DNA of 64,000 nucleotides from an uncultured Actinomycetes bacterium. GTDB taxonomy: Bacteria; Actinomycetota; Thermoleophilia; RBG-16-64-13. A program made the translations under genes and the position numbers. The DNA lies in assembly GCA_963841735.1 (NCBI GenBank), contig CAWJDT010000001.1:224001-288000 (forward strand), read 5' to 3'. Below, piece by piece: positions 18,109-28,050 of this stretch (the stretch's first letter is position 1; each line of letters starts with the position of its first letter). Under the pieces are notes generated by a model. The model was given only the letters and a program-made list of their open reading frames with translations, did no database searches and was not told the origin of the DNA.

Positions 18109-19734
18109 CTATCTCCAAGGCATCAGAGGCATGACCTTCTTATCGGGCGAGACAAAGATGGCCTTCTGGGGGCAATCTCGCTCGCAGTACAGACAGAGCA
18201 TGCAGTCGTCGACGTAGCTGAGTATGGCTCTGCTACCGCACGTCATGCAGCGCTGGACCTCAAGATTCGCTGTGTCTTCGTCAAAGCCCAGCTTGACCTC
18301 TCTGAAGTCTCCGACTCGCTCAACCGCGGGGACCATTGAGGGGTAGTTACGCGCCACCGGTTCGATGCCCTCCATAGGTGGCTTCTTGACCCTCTTGGGA
18401 AGTAGATATCTCCCATCTTTGAGGTCAAGCCCCCTGAGGTGGCGGTCGATCGAGACTGAAGCCCTCTTGCCCGCGGCTATCGCCTCGACCACAGACGCCG
18501 GCCCTGAGACCACGTCCCCGCCGGCAAATATGCCGGGACATGTCGTCTCCAAGGTGATCGGGTCGGCCTGGATGGTGCCGCCTCGACTGATCTTCAGCTC
18601 CGCGGGCAACAACGACACATCGGCAGCCTGGCCGATGGCCAGGATTACCATATCGGCAGCGACCGTCTTGGTAACCGTCTCATCGTAGGAGGGGCAGAAC
18701 TGTTCTCGTTGGTCGTAAACACACGTGCAGCGCACCAGTTCAACGCCTGCTACCTGCCCGTCGGCCCCCAGGATCTTCCGCGGTCCCCAACCGTCGTTGA
18801 TGAGGACACCTTCCTCAACGGCCTGGTCGATCTCCTCCCGGAAGGCCGGCATCGTTCCCTCTGTCTCCAGGCAGGCAAGCTCGACGTTCTCGGCCCCCAA
18901 GCGCAGCGCGGTCAAGGCCACATCGACAGCGACGTTGCCGCCGCCGATGACCACCACTCTGCCCTTGACCTCGGTCAGTTTCCCCAGGTTGACCCCGGCC
19001 AAGAAGTCCAGGCCCCAAGAGATGCCTTCCAGTCCGACACCGTCGATCTCCACCCGGCGGCTCAGCTGATTGCCCGCGGCATAGAAAACGGCTGGGTACT
19101 CCTTTTGGATCTCCTCGAGAGTGAGGTCCTTCCCAACGACGATCCCGGCCCTGAACTCCACCCCCATATCCGCGATGTAGCTGAGTTGGGCGTCGAGCAC
19201 ATCGCGCGCCAGCCTGTATTCCGGTATGCCCAGCCGCAACATGCCACCCAGCACCGGCCTCGCCTCGAAGACCGTCACCGAGTAACCCATACGGGAGAGG
19301 AAATAGGCGCATGCCAACCCCGCAGGTCCGGAGCCCACCACCGCCACCTTGGCGGCATAGATCTTCAGAGCGGGTTCGGCCTTCTCGCTCAACCAGAAAT
19401 CGGCGACAAACCGCTCGAGAGCATTGATGTTGACGGCTTCGTCCACTTCCTTGCGCGCGCACTCGGACTCGCAGGGATGAGGACATACCCGGCCGGTGAT
19501 CGCGGGGAGAGGCAGAGAATCTCTAAGAACGTCGATGGCCTCCGCGATCATCCCGTTCTTGAGCAGGTACATATAGCCCCGAATATCCACCCCGGCAGGA
19601 CAGGCTTTCCGGCAGGGGGGAGACTCCTCCTTGTCGGCAACGACGGTGTCCAGCCGGATGACATCAAGCGGGCAAGTAGTCACGCAGATCCCGCAGCCGT
19701 TGCATAGCTCGCCATCGACCCTTTCAACGGACAT
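18109..19734 (-). CDS. GltD/SfrB-like FAD Fe-S NAD(P)H oxidoreductase flanked by two ferredoxin half-domains
   Basis: N-terminal CNGCGICVTTCP. Core CRKACP, GRVCPHPCESEC, GSGPAG, GGMLRLGIP.YRL, GGGNVA, FAGGD, RCMTCG. C-terminal CMLCLYCERDCP. Confidence 0.88.
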   Translation of the reverse strand: MSVERVDGELCNGCGICVTTCPLDVIRLDTVVADKEESPPCRKACPAGVDIRGYMYLLKNGMIAEAIDVLRDSLPLPAITGRVCPHPCESECARKEVDEAVNINALERFVADFWLSEKAEPALKIYAAKVAVVGSGPAGLACAYFLSRMGYSVTVFEARPVLGGMLRLGIPEYRLARDVLDAQLSYIADMGVEFRAGIVVGKDLTLEEIQKEYPAVFYAAGNQLSRRVEIDGVGLEGISWGLDFLAGVNLGKLTEVKGRVVVIGGGNVAVDVALTALRLGAENVELACLETEGTMPAFREEIDQAVEEGVLINDGWGPRKILGADGQVAGVELVRCTCVYDQREQFCPSYDETVTKTVAADMVILAIGQAADVSLLPAELKISRGGTIQADPITLETTCPGIFAGGDVVSGPASVVEAIAAGKRASVSIDRHLRGLDLKDGRYLLPKRVKKPPMEGIEPVARNYPSMVPAVERVGDFREVKLGFDEDTANLEVQRCMTCGSRAILSYVDDCMLCLYCERDCPQKAIFVSPDKKVMPLMPWR

Positions 19735-21541
19735 GGTCGTCACCTCCCGAAGGAGCCTGGCAATCTTCCATGGGAAGCAGCGCGCCGTACCTTTCCTCAT
19801 AGGGTTTGGTGAGGTCCGGCCACCACTCTTGCGGTACCGGGTCCTTGTAGAGCTTCATCTCGCCCTGCTCGTCCTTGAGCATCACCCAAGCCAGCCAGTC
19901 CGGGTCATGCCGGCGAGGAAAGTCCTCCCTGAAGTGATCGCCCCGGCTCTCGGTGCGGAAGAGGGACGCTCTAATCTTCATCTCGGCAACCAGAGCCATG
20001 TTGCGGGTCTCCTGGACCAGGCGCAGTTCATGGATGTCTTGCGCCATCATCTTGGGCACCAGATGGCGGTTGACGAACTCAGCGATGGCCAAGGCCGCCC
20101 GCAGCCGGTCCTCGTGCTTCACCAAAAGGTAGAAATAGGGCACGGTGATACTGCGGATCACATCGGTGACCCAGGCCGGGCCAAAGCCGCCCTTGCGCTC
20201 CAGAGGAGCGCAGACCACGTCCATCGCCCGCTTGATCTCGGTCTCGTCCAGGTCTCCACCCGCGATGTTCGAGGCGCGCTCGGCAGCGGCCAGTCCTGCC
20301 CGGTTGCCCGTGACCATGGCGTGGTTCATGGCGAATCCCATGCCCGCGTACATGGCACCAGAGCCCCTGGTGGCACAGGCGTTGCCCGCTGCGTAAAGGC
20401 CGGGCACCGCCGTAGAGCAATCGGTATCGATCGGCGCGATGCCCGACCCCGTATAGAGTGGACGCGCCAGCGCCCCCGAGGGGGGCCACTTGATCATGCC
20501 GCCCCGGAACACATCCAGACCGATCTTGTCCGCCTGCGCCCAGGCGACCTCGATCCTCTTGAAGTACTCATCAAGCCATTCCCGCTTCTTCGGAGTCATG
20601 TCCCCCGGGTCGAAATAGAGAGGAGCCCGGCCGCCGTGGGCCTCCCACGCTGCGGTTATCACCGGACCGCCCTCGGCATTCAGCGTCGGCCGGCTGTACC
20701 AGCCCGAGAAGCCGCCGCCGATGGCATAAGGATTGAGGTACGAGTCCTCGACGACCTCGCCTGGGAAATCCTCGCCCCCGCCGCTGTTCTCCCGCTGTCG
20801 CTTGATCTCGAACCTGCTGCGGGTCACGCCGCCCGCGAACTCCTTGCCTGTCACCTCGGCGCCGGCCCGGTAGGCCATGGCTTCCCCGTCGCCGGTCCAG
20901 TAATGGGTGGGATACGTTTCACTCTTGAGGTTGGCCGAGCCGGTAGCTATCACCGTCGCGCCGGCACGGACGACATATCGCCGGCCCCCACGCACATGGA
21001 ACCCTACCGCTCCCGCCGCGGCTCCGTCCTGCTTGAGCAGCTCGACCATCATGACGTTGTCCAGGATCCTCACGCCGCTCTCGAGGACCTTCCTCCGGAG
21101 GGTCGGCGCGTACTTCCTGGACACCATGGTTATGTCCTCATACGCACTCGGTGGCGCGCCAACCGAACTTGTGTCGAACCTATAGAGTTGCCCGTTCTTC
21201 TCGTGGAACTGGACCCCCCAGCTGACGAGATCGTTGTATCGGTCTTCTGCCTCGCACAGGCAGATCTCGTCCCACTCACGGTTGTTCAGATACTCACAGC
21301 GTTTGCTGATGATATCCAGCCACTCCTGCAGCTTATGACCCCTCGACTCTCTGAAGAAGACGATGTCTCCCTCGGCGTAATGAGTGGACCCTGCCTTGCC
21401 GACGAACGCCTTGTCGGTCAGGGTCACGTCCAGACCCCTCTCTCGGGCCTTGATGGCAGCGAACATGCCGGCCATACCCCCACCGATGACCAGGACATCG
21501 GTCGTGATATGCCTCTCGGTACCCTTATCAGTCATGCCCAT
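19724..21541 (-). CDS. AprA/SdhA-superfamily FAD flavoprotein (non-canonical)
   Basis: DVLVIGGGMAG, VIATG, TGDGEAMAYRAGA, T.VPGLYAAG, SLFRTESRGDHFREDFP. Confidence 0.85.
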   Translation of the reverse strand: MGMTDKGTERHITTDVLVIGGGMAGMFAAIKARERGLDVTLTDKAFVGKAGSTHYAEGDIVFFRESRGHKLQEWLDIISKRCEYLNNREWDEICLCEAEDRYNDLVSWGVQFHEKNGQLYRFDTSSVGAPPSAYEDITMVSRKYAPTLRRKVLESGVRILDNVMMVELLKQDGAAAGAVGFHVRGGRRYVVRAGATVIATGSANLKSETYPTHYWTGDGEAMAYRAGAEVTGKEFAGGVTRSRFEIKRQRENSGGGEDFPGEVVEDSYLNPYAIGGGFSGWYSRPTLNAEGGPVITAAWEAHGGRAPLYFDPGDMTPKKREWLDEYFKRIEVAWAQADKIGLDVFRGGMIKWPPSGALARPLYTGSGIAPIDTDCSTAVPGLYAAGNACATRGSGAMYAGMGFAMNHAMVTGNRAGLAAAERASNIAGGDLDETEIKRAMDVVCAPLERKGGFGPAWVTDVIRSITVPYFYLLVKHEDRLRAALAIAEFVNRHLVPKMMAQDIHELRLVQETRNMALVAEMKIRASLFRTESRGDHFREDFPRRHDPDWLAWVMLKDEQGEMKLYKDPVPQEWWPDLTKPYEERYGALLPMEDCQAPSGGDDHVR

Positions 21542-21556
21542 GCCTTTCTGGCTCCC

Positions 21557-21937
21557 CTACAAGTCCTCGACGTCTTCGGTTCTGGGAGGCTCGTACCCGA
21601 CCGGCGGACGGGTATTGGGGGGCGGCGGGTTCTTCATCCCTATCCGGAAGTACTCCCCGGTGTCTTTCCTCTTCCAGCCCATCCTCTGATGCAGGGGGAA
21701 TTCCACTCTGATCGCTCCCGGAACCGGGCAGTGCTCGACGCAGCAGCCGCAGAACCAGCACTCATCCGGGTACAGGACCACCGGTGGTCCGCTTTTTTTT
21801 CCGTTGGGAACCATCACATCCGAGTGGCATACGTTGACGCATCTGTTGCAGCCCTTGCAGAGTCCCTCGTCGATTGCGAGGGCCTGATTGGGTGTCATCG
21901 GGTTGGGCACCATATACGCTTTGCTGTACATCTCCAT
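21557..21937 (-). CDS. AprB-like 2[4Fe-4S] ferredoxin
   Basis: CKGCNRCVNVC.SDV and YPDECWFCGCCVEHCP..GAI. Confidence 0.85.
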   Translation of the reverse strand: MEMYSKAYMVPNPMTPNQALAIDEGLCKGCNRCVNVCHSDVMVPNGKKSGPPVVLYPDECWFCGCCVEHCPVPGAIRVEFPLHQRMGWKRKDTGEYFRIGMKNPPPPNTRPPVGYEPPRTEDVEDL

Positions 21938-21970
21938 AGCTCCCTATGAGTCGGCCGGCGCGGGCCCGGT

Positions 21971-23950
21971 CTACAGACCGCAGTGTTGTTGGTAATTCTG
22001 CTCGAACGCCGCAGCGTTGGGCGATTGCAGGTAGTAGTCGACGGTTTGCTCTCCGACTTTGATATCTCCGGCCTCCAGCTTCATGGTGATGAGCTTCGTC
22101 CACTCGGGAGGATCGAGCTCGGGGTAGTCCAGGCGGTTCAAACCCAGAGACCTACTACTGGCCTTGCGGTTCAAGGTCGCCTCCATCACGATCTCGCCCA
22201 GCGTGATCCGGTCGAGACACTCTACGGCGCGCATCAGCTCATGGGGGTTACGGGCGTAGACTCTGGCTGCTTCGCTTTCGCTGATGCTACTGAGCCAGCC
22301 GAGTCCCATGTCGAGAGTCTCCTCGTTCTTGAACTCTCCGCAGTAGTCCTGCATGATGCGGGCCAGACCTGCCCGCAGCTCTTTCCAGCCGATCCCCTCC
22401 GTCCGCCTGACCGGAGCGTACACTCGCTCTTTCTCCTTCTCCACCTGCGCCCGGTCCACCTGCCCAGGCGCGACTCTGCTCACATACTCCGCGGCCTTTC
22501 TTCCGGCATACCTGCCTGTGCTGGCCGCCTGCGCGTGGTTTCCCCCGCCGTAGCCAGATGTGCCAGCTACGTACAGGCCTTCCAGGCTGGTCTTGAGATC
22601 CCAGTCGAACAGCAGCCCGCCGCCGCTGCTGCCCCCTCTCCACTGGCGCGGCCCCATGCCCGCCCAGTAGGGATAGAAACGACTGTAGCGGTCGGGAGGC
22701 ATCACGTTGGTCTGCAGCATGTCTTTGTCGGGGTCGAACCCGGCCTGCTGATAGGTGTCGTAGATGATCTTGCACTTGCCCTCGTGGGGGATCATGAGCC
22801 CCCAGATGACCCGCCTCTCAAGCGCCGGCATCGAGGGCAGGTCGGCGTACAGAGGCAGAACGTACTCGCCCTTGCTTATGCGGTCGCCAAGGTCGGGAAT
22901 CAGTCGCGGGCTGTGGATCGAAGCGGGGATGTCCGGCCCGTTGAAGATGACCTTCTGGTCGGGAGACGCATGGTAGCGTTCCGATACCGTCTCGAGAACT
23001 CTCCCTTTCCAGTCCACCCAGGGGATCTCTTTGCCGTTGGCATCGACCATGGTGCACGCATACCAGGTGTTGTGAGCGTTGCCGGTGCCGTACTGAGGAT
23101 AGCCAAAGCCTCCGGAGTGCGGCATGGGCGTGGACTTCTCCATGAGGGTCAGCTCAGCACCCGCCCGCCAGGCCATGGCGGTGCCTTCCCCGGAACTCAT
23201 GATGTCTCCGTGGCCAGAACCAGAGAGCTCAGTGGAGAAGATCCACAGGCCGGTGGGCGCTGCGGTCGCAAGTATGGTGGCCTTGGCCTTGAAGACGTAG
23301 AACTCGCCAGTGCGGGTGTTTAGGCCGGTAGCACCGGTCACCCTGCCCCCGGGCTCTCCGCCTTCGGTGAGCAGGCCGGTAGCCATGACCCGGTCGTAGA
23401 TCTTTACTCCCTGCCGCTTCATCTCTTTGTAGACGGCCACCTTGATGTCGGTGCCTCCGTTGACCCTGATGCAGTGCCTGGCATCATAGTCGTAGGCGAA
23501 CAACAGCTTGGTCTCTTCGTCTCTGAATTCGGCCCCCTTGAACTCATCGTCCACGTCGCGGACCTTGACCCCCCAGCTCTCCACGTCCTGGAGCGCGTCC
23601 CAGCTCTCCTTGAACAGGATATAGGTGGTGATGCCGTTGCCGAACTCCCAGTGGATCCGGTAGTCCCCATACATGGCCAGCTCGATCATTTCCTCTGGGG
23701 GGATAGTCGAGCAAGGATTGGTGCAGGCCCCGTGCCAGTGGTCGACTCCCGCTCCACCCGCACCGCTTCTTATAGTGGCGCCCTTCTCCACCACCACCAC
23801 CTTGGCCCCGCGCTTGGCGGCGCTGATGGCGGCGTGACAGCCGGCGATCCCACCACCCAGAATCAGCACGTCCGCCTCGACTTCGTTCTCCTTGCCGTAG
23901 GAAACGGAGTAGGGCCACTCCAGCGCAGTATCCAGATTCTCCTGGTACAT
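21971..23950 (-). CDS. AprA/SdhA-superfamily FAD flavoprotein (non-canonical)
   Basis: DVLILGGGIAG, EKGATIRSGAGGAGVDHW (Apr-like RSGA motif), GEGTAMAWRAGA, TSLEGLYVAG, MQDYCG, RKASS...RLDYP. Confidence 0.87.
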   Translation of the reverse strand: MYQENLDTALEWPYSVSYGKENEVEADVLILGGGIAGCHAAISAAKRGAKVVVVEKGATIRSGAGGAGVDHWHGACTNPCSTIPPEEMIELAMYGDYRIHWEFGNGITTYILFKESWDALQDVESWGVKVRDVDDEFKGAEFRDEETKLLFAYDYDARHCIRVNGGTDIKVAVYKEMKRQGVKIYDRVMATGLLTEGGEPGGRVTGATGLNTRTGEFYVFKAKATILATAAPTGLWIFSTELSGSGHGDIMSSGEGTAMAWRAGAELTLMEKSTPMPHSGGFGYPQYGTGNAHNTWYACTMVDANGKEIPWVDWKGRVLETVSERYHASPDQKVIFNGPDIPASIHSPRLIPDLGDRISKGEYVLPLYADLPSMPALERRVIWGLMIPHEGKCKIIYDTYQQAGFDPDKDMLQTNVMPPDRYSRFYPYWAGMGPRQWRGGSSGGGLLFDWDLKTSLEGLYVAGTSGYGGGNHAQAASTGRYAGRKAAEYVSRVAPGQVDRAQVEKEKERVYAPVRRTEGIGWKELRAGLARIMQDYCGEFKNEETLDMGLGWLSSISESEAARVYARNPHELMRAVECLDRITLGEIVMEATLNRKASSRSLGLNRLDYPELDPPEWTKLITMKLEAGDIKVGEQTVDYYLQSPNAAAFEQNYQQHCGL

Positions 23951-23966
23951 AGATCCTCCTTGGTTA

Positions 23967-25037
23967 TCAGCCCGGCTGGAGCCGGCACCCCGTGGCGCCG
24001 GCGGTGACTTCTGAGACCCTGATGCAGGCCACCTGGTGACCTGGGCTCACTTCCCGCAACTCCGGCACGGCCAGGCTGCAGTCGGCTATGGCCATGTCGC
24101 ATCTTTGGTGGAACGGACAACCCGAAGGCGGGTTCAAGGGGCTGGGCACCTCACCCGACAGGATTATCCTTTCCCGCGTTTCTTCCACGACAGGGTCGGG
24201 CACAGGCACGGCCGAGAGCAGGGCTTTGGTGTAGGGATGCAGCGGGTGGTCACAAAGCTCATTCGCGGCGGCCAACTCGACCATATGCCCCAGGTACATG
24301 ACAGCGATGCGGTCGCTCACATGCTTTACCACGGCCAGGTCGTGAGCTATGAACAGATAGGTCAGGTCCTCGAACTGCGACTGTAGATCCTTGAGCAGGT
24401 TGATCACTTGAGCTTGGATAGAGACGTCCAGGGCGGAGATGGGCTCGTCGCATATGATCAAGGTAGGATCACAAGCCAACGCCCGAGCGATGCCTATGCG
24501 CTGGCGTTGCCCACCGCTGAACTCATGGGGGAAACGCCCGGCCATGCGAGGATCCAGCCCCACGATGCTAAAGAGCTCCTCTACTCTTGCCCTGCGTTGG
24601 GCCTTGCTCTTGCCCATCTTCTGTACCACCATCGGCTCCCCAACGATGCTCCCAGCGCTCTGGCGCGGATCCAGCGAACCATACGGGTCCTGGAAGATGT
24701 AGGCCATCTTCCTACGGATTGGCTTCACCTTCCTCTCCGAAAGCCCAGAGATGTCCCTGCCCTCAAAGATGATGCTGCCCGCCGTAGGCTTGTGCAGCCG
24801 CATGATGGCCCGGCCTACCGTGGTCTTGCCGCAGCCACTCTCCCCCACTATTCCCAGGACTTCGCCTCTTTTGAGCGTCAGGCTGACCCCGTCGACGGCC
24901 TGCACATCGGCCACCTTGCGCAAGAGCAGGCCGCGCAGCACGGGGAAGTAGACCTTGAGATCCTTGACCTCCAGCACCAGGTCTTGGTATTTGGTCTCCG
25001 CGACCTGTTGCCGCGTGGTCATCGTTTGGCCTTCCAT
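23967..25037 (-). CDS. peptide/nickel-family ABC transporter ATP-binding protein (OppF-like), cassette 1
   Basis: [45 protein letters not shown]. Confidence 0.95.
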   Translation of the reverse strand: MEGQTMTTRQQVAETKYQDLVLEVKDLKVYFPVLRGLLLRKVADVQAVDGVSLTLKRGEVLGIVGESGCGKTTVGRAIMRLHKPTAGSIIFEGRDISGLSERKVKPIRRKMAYIFQDPYGSLDPRQSAGSIVGEPMVVQKMGKSKAQRRARVEELFSIVGLDPRMAGRFPHEFSGGQRQRIGIARALACDPTLIICDEPISALDVSIQAQVINLLKDLQSQFEDLTYLFIAHDLAVVKHVSDRIAVMYLGHMVELAAANELCDHPLHPYTKALLSAVPVPDPVVEETRERIILSGEVPSPLNPPSGCPFHQRCDMAIADCSLAVPELREVSPGHQVACIRVSEVTAGATGCRLQPG

Positions 25038-26023
25038 CAGTCGGTCTCCCCGGGGTTCACATAGCAGCGGGTGCAGTGGGCCTCACCCACGGACTCAAGC
25101 TCGGGCCAGGGGTCGCACTGACAGCGCTCCACCGCATAGGTGCAGCGGGGCAGGAAGGCGCACTTGCCCGTCATGCGGCCTAAGTTGGGGGGCAGGCCCG
25201 GGATGGCTTCCAGCCGGCGGCCCTCCCCTTCGTCTATGCGCGGTACGCAGCGCAGTAGGCCGATGGTGTAGGGATGCCGGGGACGGGCGAATACTTCTTT
25301 GCAGGTGCCGCTCTCTACGATGCGTCCCGCGTACATGATGTAGAGGGTCTGGGCGTAGCGGGCCACCACTCCTAGGTTATGAGTCACGATGACCAGCGAG
25401 GAGTTGAACTTGGCCACCGCCGCCACCATCATCTCCAGGAGCTGGGCCTGGGTGGTGACGTCCAGAGCGGTGGTGGGCTCGTCGGCTATCACCAGTCTTG
25501 GGTTACAGGAGAGGGCCATGGCGATCATGGCCCTTTGTCTCATGCCGCCGCTGAACTGGTGGGGGTAGTCGCCCAGCCGGGTCTCGGCGTTGGGGATACC
25601 TACCATCTCTAGCAGTTCGGTCGCGCGGGCTTTGGCTTCTTTCTTGTTCATCTTAAGGTGGAGCTCCGGCATCTCGGTTAACTGCCGGCCTATGGTTAAG
25701 ACCGGGTTGAGCGAGGTCATGGGCTCCTGGAAGATCATGGCTATCTTGCCGCCTCTGACCGAGCGCATCTCGGGGCCGTTGGCCTCATAGGCCATGAGGT
25801 CGCGGCCTTCAAAGAGGATCTCGCCTTGCGTGATCTTGCCGGGGGGGCGGATGAGGCGCATCACCGAGAGCTGGGTGACCGACTTGCCGCAACCCGACTC
25901 GCCTACCACCCCTACGATCTCTTGCTCGTTGATGGTAAAGGAGACGTCGTCCACGGCCTTTACCAGGCCGTCGTCGGTACGGAACTGGGTGTGGAGGTTC
26001 TTGACTTCTAGGAGGGGGGTCAT
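25037..26023 (-). CDS. peptide/nickel-family ABC transporter ATP-binding protein (OppD-like), cassette 1
   Basis: [36 protein letters not shown]. Confidence 0.95.
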   Translation of the reverse strand: MTPLLEVKNLHTQFRTDDGLVKAVDDVSFTINEQEIVGVVGESGCGKSVTQLSVMRLIRPPGKITQGEILFEGRDLMAYEANGPEMRSVRGGKIAMIFQEPMTSLNPVLTIGRQLTEMPELHLKMNKKEAKARATELLEMVGIPNAETRLGDYPHQFSGGMRQRAMIAMALSCNPRLVIADEPTTALDVTTQAQLLEMMVAAVAKFNSSLVIVTHNLGVVARYAQTLYIMYAGRIVESGTCKEVFARPRHPYTIGLLRCVPRIDEGEGRRLEAIPGLPPNLGRMTGKCAFLPRCTYAVERCQCDPWPELESVGEAHCTRCYVNPGETD

Positions 26024-26932
26024 CTAGAGCGTCCCCCGCAGGCGGGGGTCAAGAGCGTCTCGCAGGCCGTCACCCATCATGTTGAAGCCGAAGACCGTCA
26101 GCATGATGAAGATCCCCGGGGCGATAGAGAGCACTGGGTTGGTTATGAGGTACTTGTATCCCCCCCTGATCATGCTGCCCCAGGCAGCAGTAGGAGCGTC
26201 GATCCCGGCGCCCAAGAAGCTCAGTCCCGCTTCGGCCAATATCGTCGCGCCCATAGCGACCGTCATCAGCACCAGACAGGGCGCGAAGGCATTCGGGTAG
26301 ATGTGGCGGAGCATCATCCGCCAGTTGCCCACGCCTATAGTCCGTCCTGCCAGGACATAGTCGTTCTGCTTGACACTCATGGTCTGGGCGTACATCATGC
26401 GGCACTGCCCCGAGATGCCCCCTATCCCCAGCGCGATGATGACGTTCCTGACCCCCCCTCCGAGCACGGCCGAGATCACCAGAGCCAAGACAAGCATTGG
26501 TATGGCCATCAAGGCGTCGATCGCCCGCATGATGATGGTGGACACCCAACCCCCGAAGAAGCCCGCGATCAGCCCCAACAACTGTCCGATGACCGCCCCC
26601 AGTGCAACCGCGCCTAGGGCCACGACAAGCGACGTCCGAGCCCCGTATATGCAACGACTCAGCGTGTCTCTCCCCACGCTGTCGGTACCCAACCAATGCT
26701 CGCTGCTCGGGGGAGCCAGCTTGTTGACGATATCCGACTCATAGGGATCGCCGGGAGCGATCAGCGGGGCGAAGATCGCAAGAAAGATCATGCCCACTAA
26801 GAGAACCAGGCCCAACACCGCCAGTTTCCGCCGGAAGAAGGCTCGGGCCAACCTCTTCCATTCAGGCCGTCTCGCCGGCCCCTCGTCTATCGCGGCGATG
26901 TCCTCGACCATTGACGCCATGTTCTTCTCCAT
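26024..26932 (-). CDS. ABC transporter permease (OppC-like), cassette 1
   Basis: HWLGTDSVGRD, EAGLSFLG, FNMMGDGLRDALDPR. Confidence 0.95.
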   Translation of the reverse strand: MEKNMASMVEDIAAIDEGPARRPEWKRLARAFFRRKLAVLGLVLLVGMIFLAIFAPLIAPGDPYESDIVNKLAPPSSEHWLGTDSVGRDTLSRCIYGARTSLVVALGAVALGAVIGQLLGLIAGFFGGWVSTIIMRAIDALMAIPMLVLALVISAVLGGGVRNVIIALGIGGISGQCRMMYAQTMSVKQNDYVLAGRTIGVGNWRMMLRHIYPNAFAPCLVLMTVAMGATILAEAGLSFLGAGIDAPTAAWGSMIRGGYKYLITNPVLSIAPGIFIMLTVFGFNMMGDGLRDALDPRLRGTL

Positions 26933-26949
26933 CGCTTTACCCACCGGCC

Positions 26950-27909
26950 CTATTTGTAGCTGTCGCGTATGCGCGGATCCAACCACGCGTACGCCACGTC
27001 GACGAGGATGTTCGTGATCACGATGATGGCAGCCATTAGCAGGACTGCCCCCTGCACCACCGGGTAGTCCCTCTCATTCACAGCGTCCATCAGCATCCGT
27101 CCGATGCCGGGAATACTGAAAACGGTCTCCACCACCACCGCGCCGCCAAACATGAAGCTCACCTGCATACCGATAGTGGTAACCACCGGGATCAGCCCGT
27201 TCTTGACCATGTGCCGGACGACGACAACCCGCTCCCTCAACCCCTTGGACCAAGCCGTGCGGATGTAGTCCTGGTGGGCGACCTCCAACATGCTGGAGCG
27301 TGCCTGTCGGGTCTGCGCCGCGATGCCGAATATCGAAAGACATATCACCGGCATGATCAGCATCTTGACGTGAAGACCGAAATCCTCAAACGGCGACGTG
27401 TACCCGTAGGTCGGCAGCAGCCCCCACTTGTAGGAGAGTAGGTAGATCAGCACGATGCCAACCCAGAAGTTTGGCAAGGTGATCCCCAGATTGGCCGTGA
27501 CACTCACGAGAGTATCGGGCCACTTGCTCCGTCGGATCGCCGCCATCACCCCAAGACTCAGCCCGCAGAGACTACTCACGATGATGGCCAAGATTCCCAG
27601 GTTGAGTGTGACCGGTAGCTTCTCTTTGACCATGGTGCTGACCGGCAAGTCATAGGTAAGCGACTCCCCCAGGTCGCCCCGGGCGGCGCTCCCGATCCAA
27701 TCGAAGTACTGCAGAACAACCGGCTTGTCTAGACCAAAATCATGCCTGAGGGCATCGAGTTCTTCCTGGCTGTAGTTGGCGTAGTCTTCTCCCAGCATCG
27801 CCATCAAGGGGTCACCCGGCAAGACGCGCATCATGATGAACACGATGACGGAAGCTACGATAAGGACGACGACCCCTGTCAGTAGCCGTCGAATTATGAA
27901 TGTAGTCAC
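26950..27909 (-). CDS. ABC transporter permease (OppB-like), cassette 1
   Basis: PGDP, GDLGES, QDYIRTAWSKGL, ETVFSIPGIG, RDYPVVQG, LDPRI. Confidence 0.95.
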   Translation of the reverse strand: MTTFIIRRLLTGVVVLIVASVIVFIMMRVLPGDPLMAMLGEDYANYSQEELDALRHDFGLDKPVVLQYFDWIGSAARGDLGESLTYDLPVSTMVKEKLPVTLNLGILAIIVSSLCGLSLGVMAAIRRSKWPDTLVSVTANLGITLPNFWVGIVLIYLLSYKWGLLPTYGYTSPFEDFGLHVKMLIMPVICLSIFGIAAQTRQARSSMLEVAHQDYIRTAWSKGLRERVVVVRHMVKNGLIPVVTTIGMQVSFMFGGAVVVETVFSIPGIGRMLMDAVNERDYPVVQGAVLLMAAIIVITNILVDVAYAWLDPRIRDSYK

Positions 27910-27948
27910 CTAGAACACCCGAGGTGGATAGCAGTTCTTTAGAGCAGC

Positions 27949-28015
27949 GCGATCTGAGCCGGCGGGCAATAACGTAACGGTGTGGCTGCCAAAGTAACCG
28001 GCCGGCTCAGATCGC
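27949..28015 (-). other. intercistronic RNA stem-loop after the substrate-binding gene, cassette 1
   Basis: Perfect 15-bp inverted repeat GCGATCTGAGCCGGC / GCCGGCTCAGATCGC. Confidence 0.75.
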
Positions 28016-28050
28016 ATCAAATCAATATCCCTTGCTTCTATCGCTGATTT

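Noticed and set aside
19631-21949. 772-aa plus-strand ORF, and similar long antisense ORFs such as 8958..11015, 21983..23323 and 3177..4511
   Set aside because: These are antisense shadows of well-supported genes in high-GC DNA, with no motifs or RBS.
19724-23950. Dissimilatory sulfate reduction (aprAB) or succinate dehydrogenase
   Set aside because: Only family-level similarity. No sat, qmo, dsr, SdhB or anchor genes, and the SdhA catalytic motif is missing.
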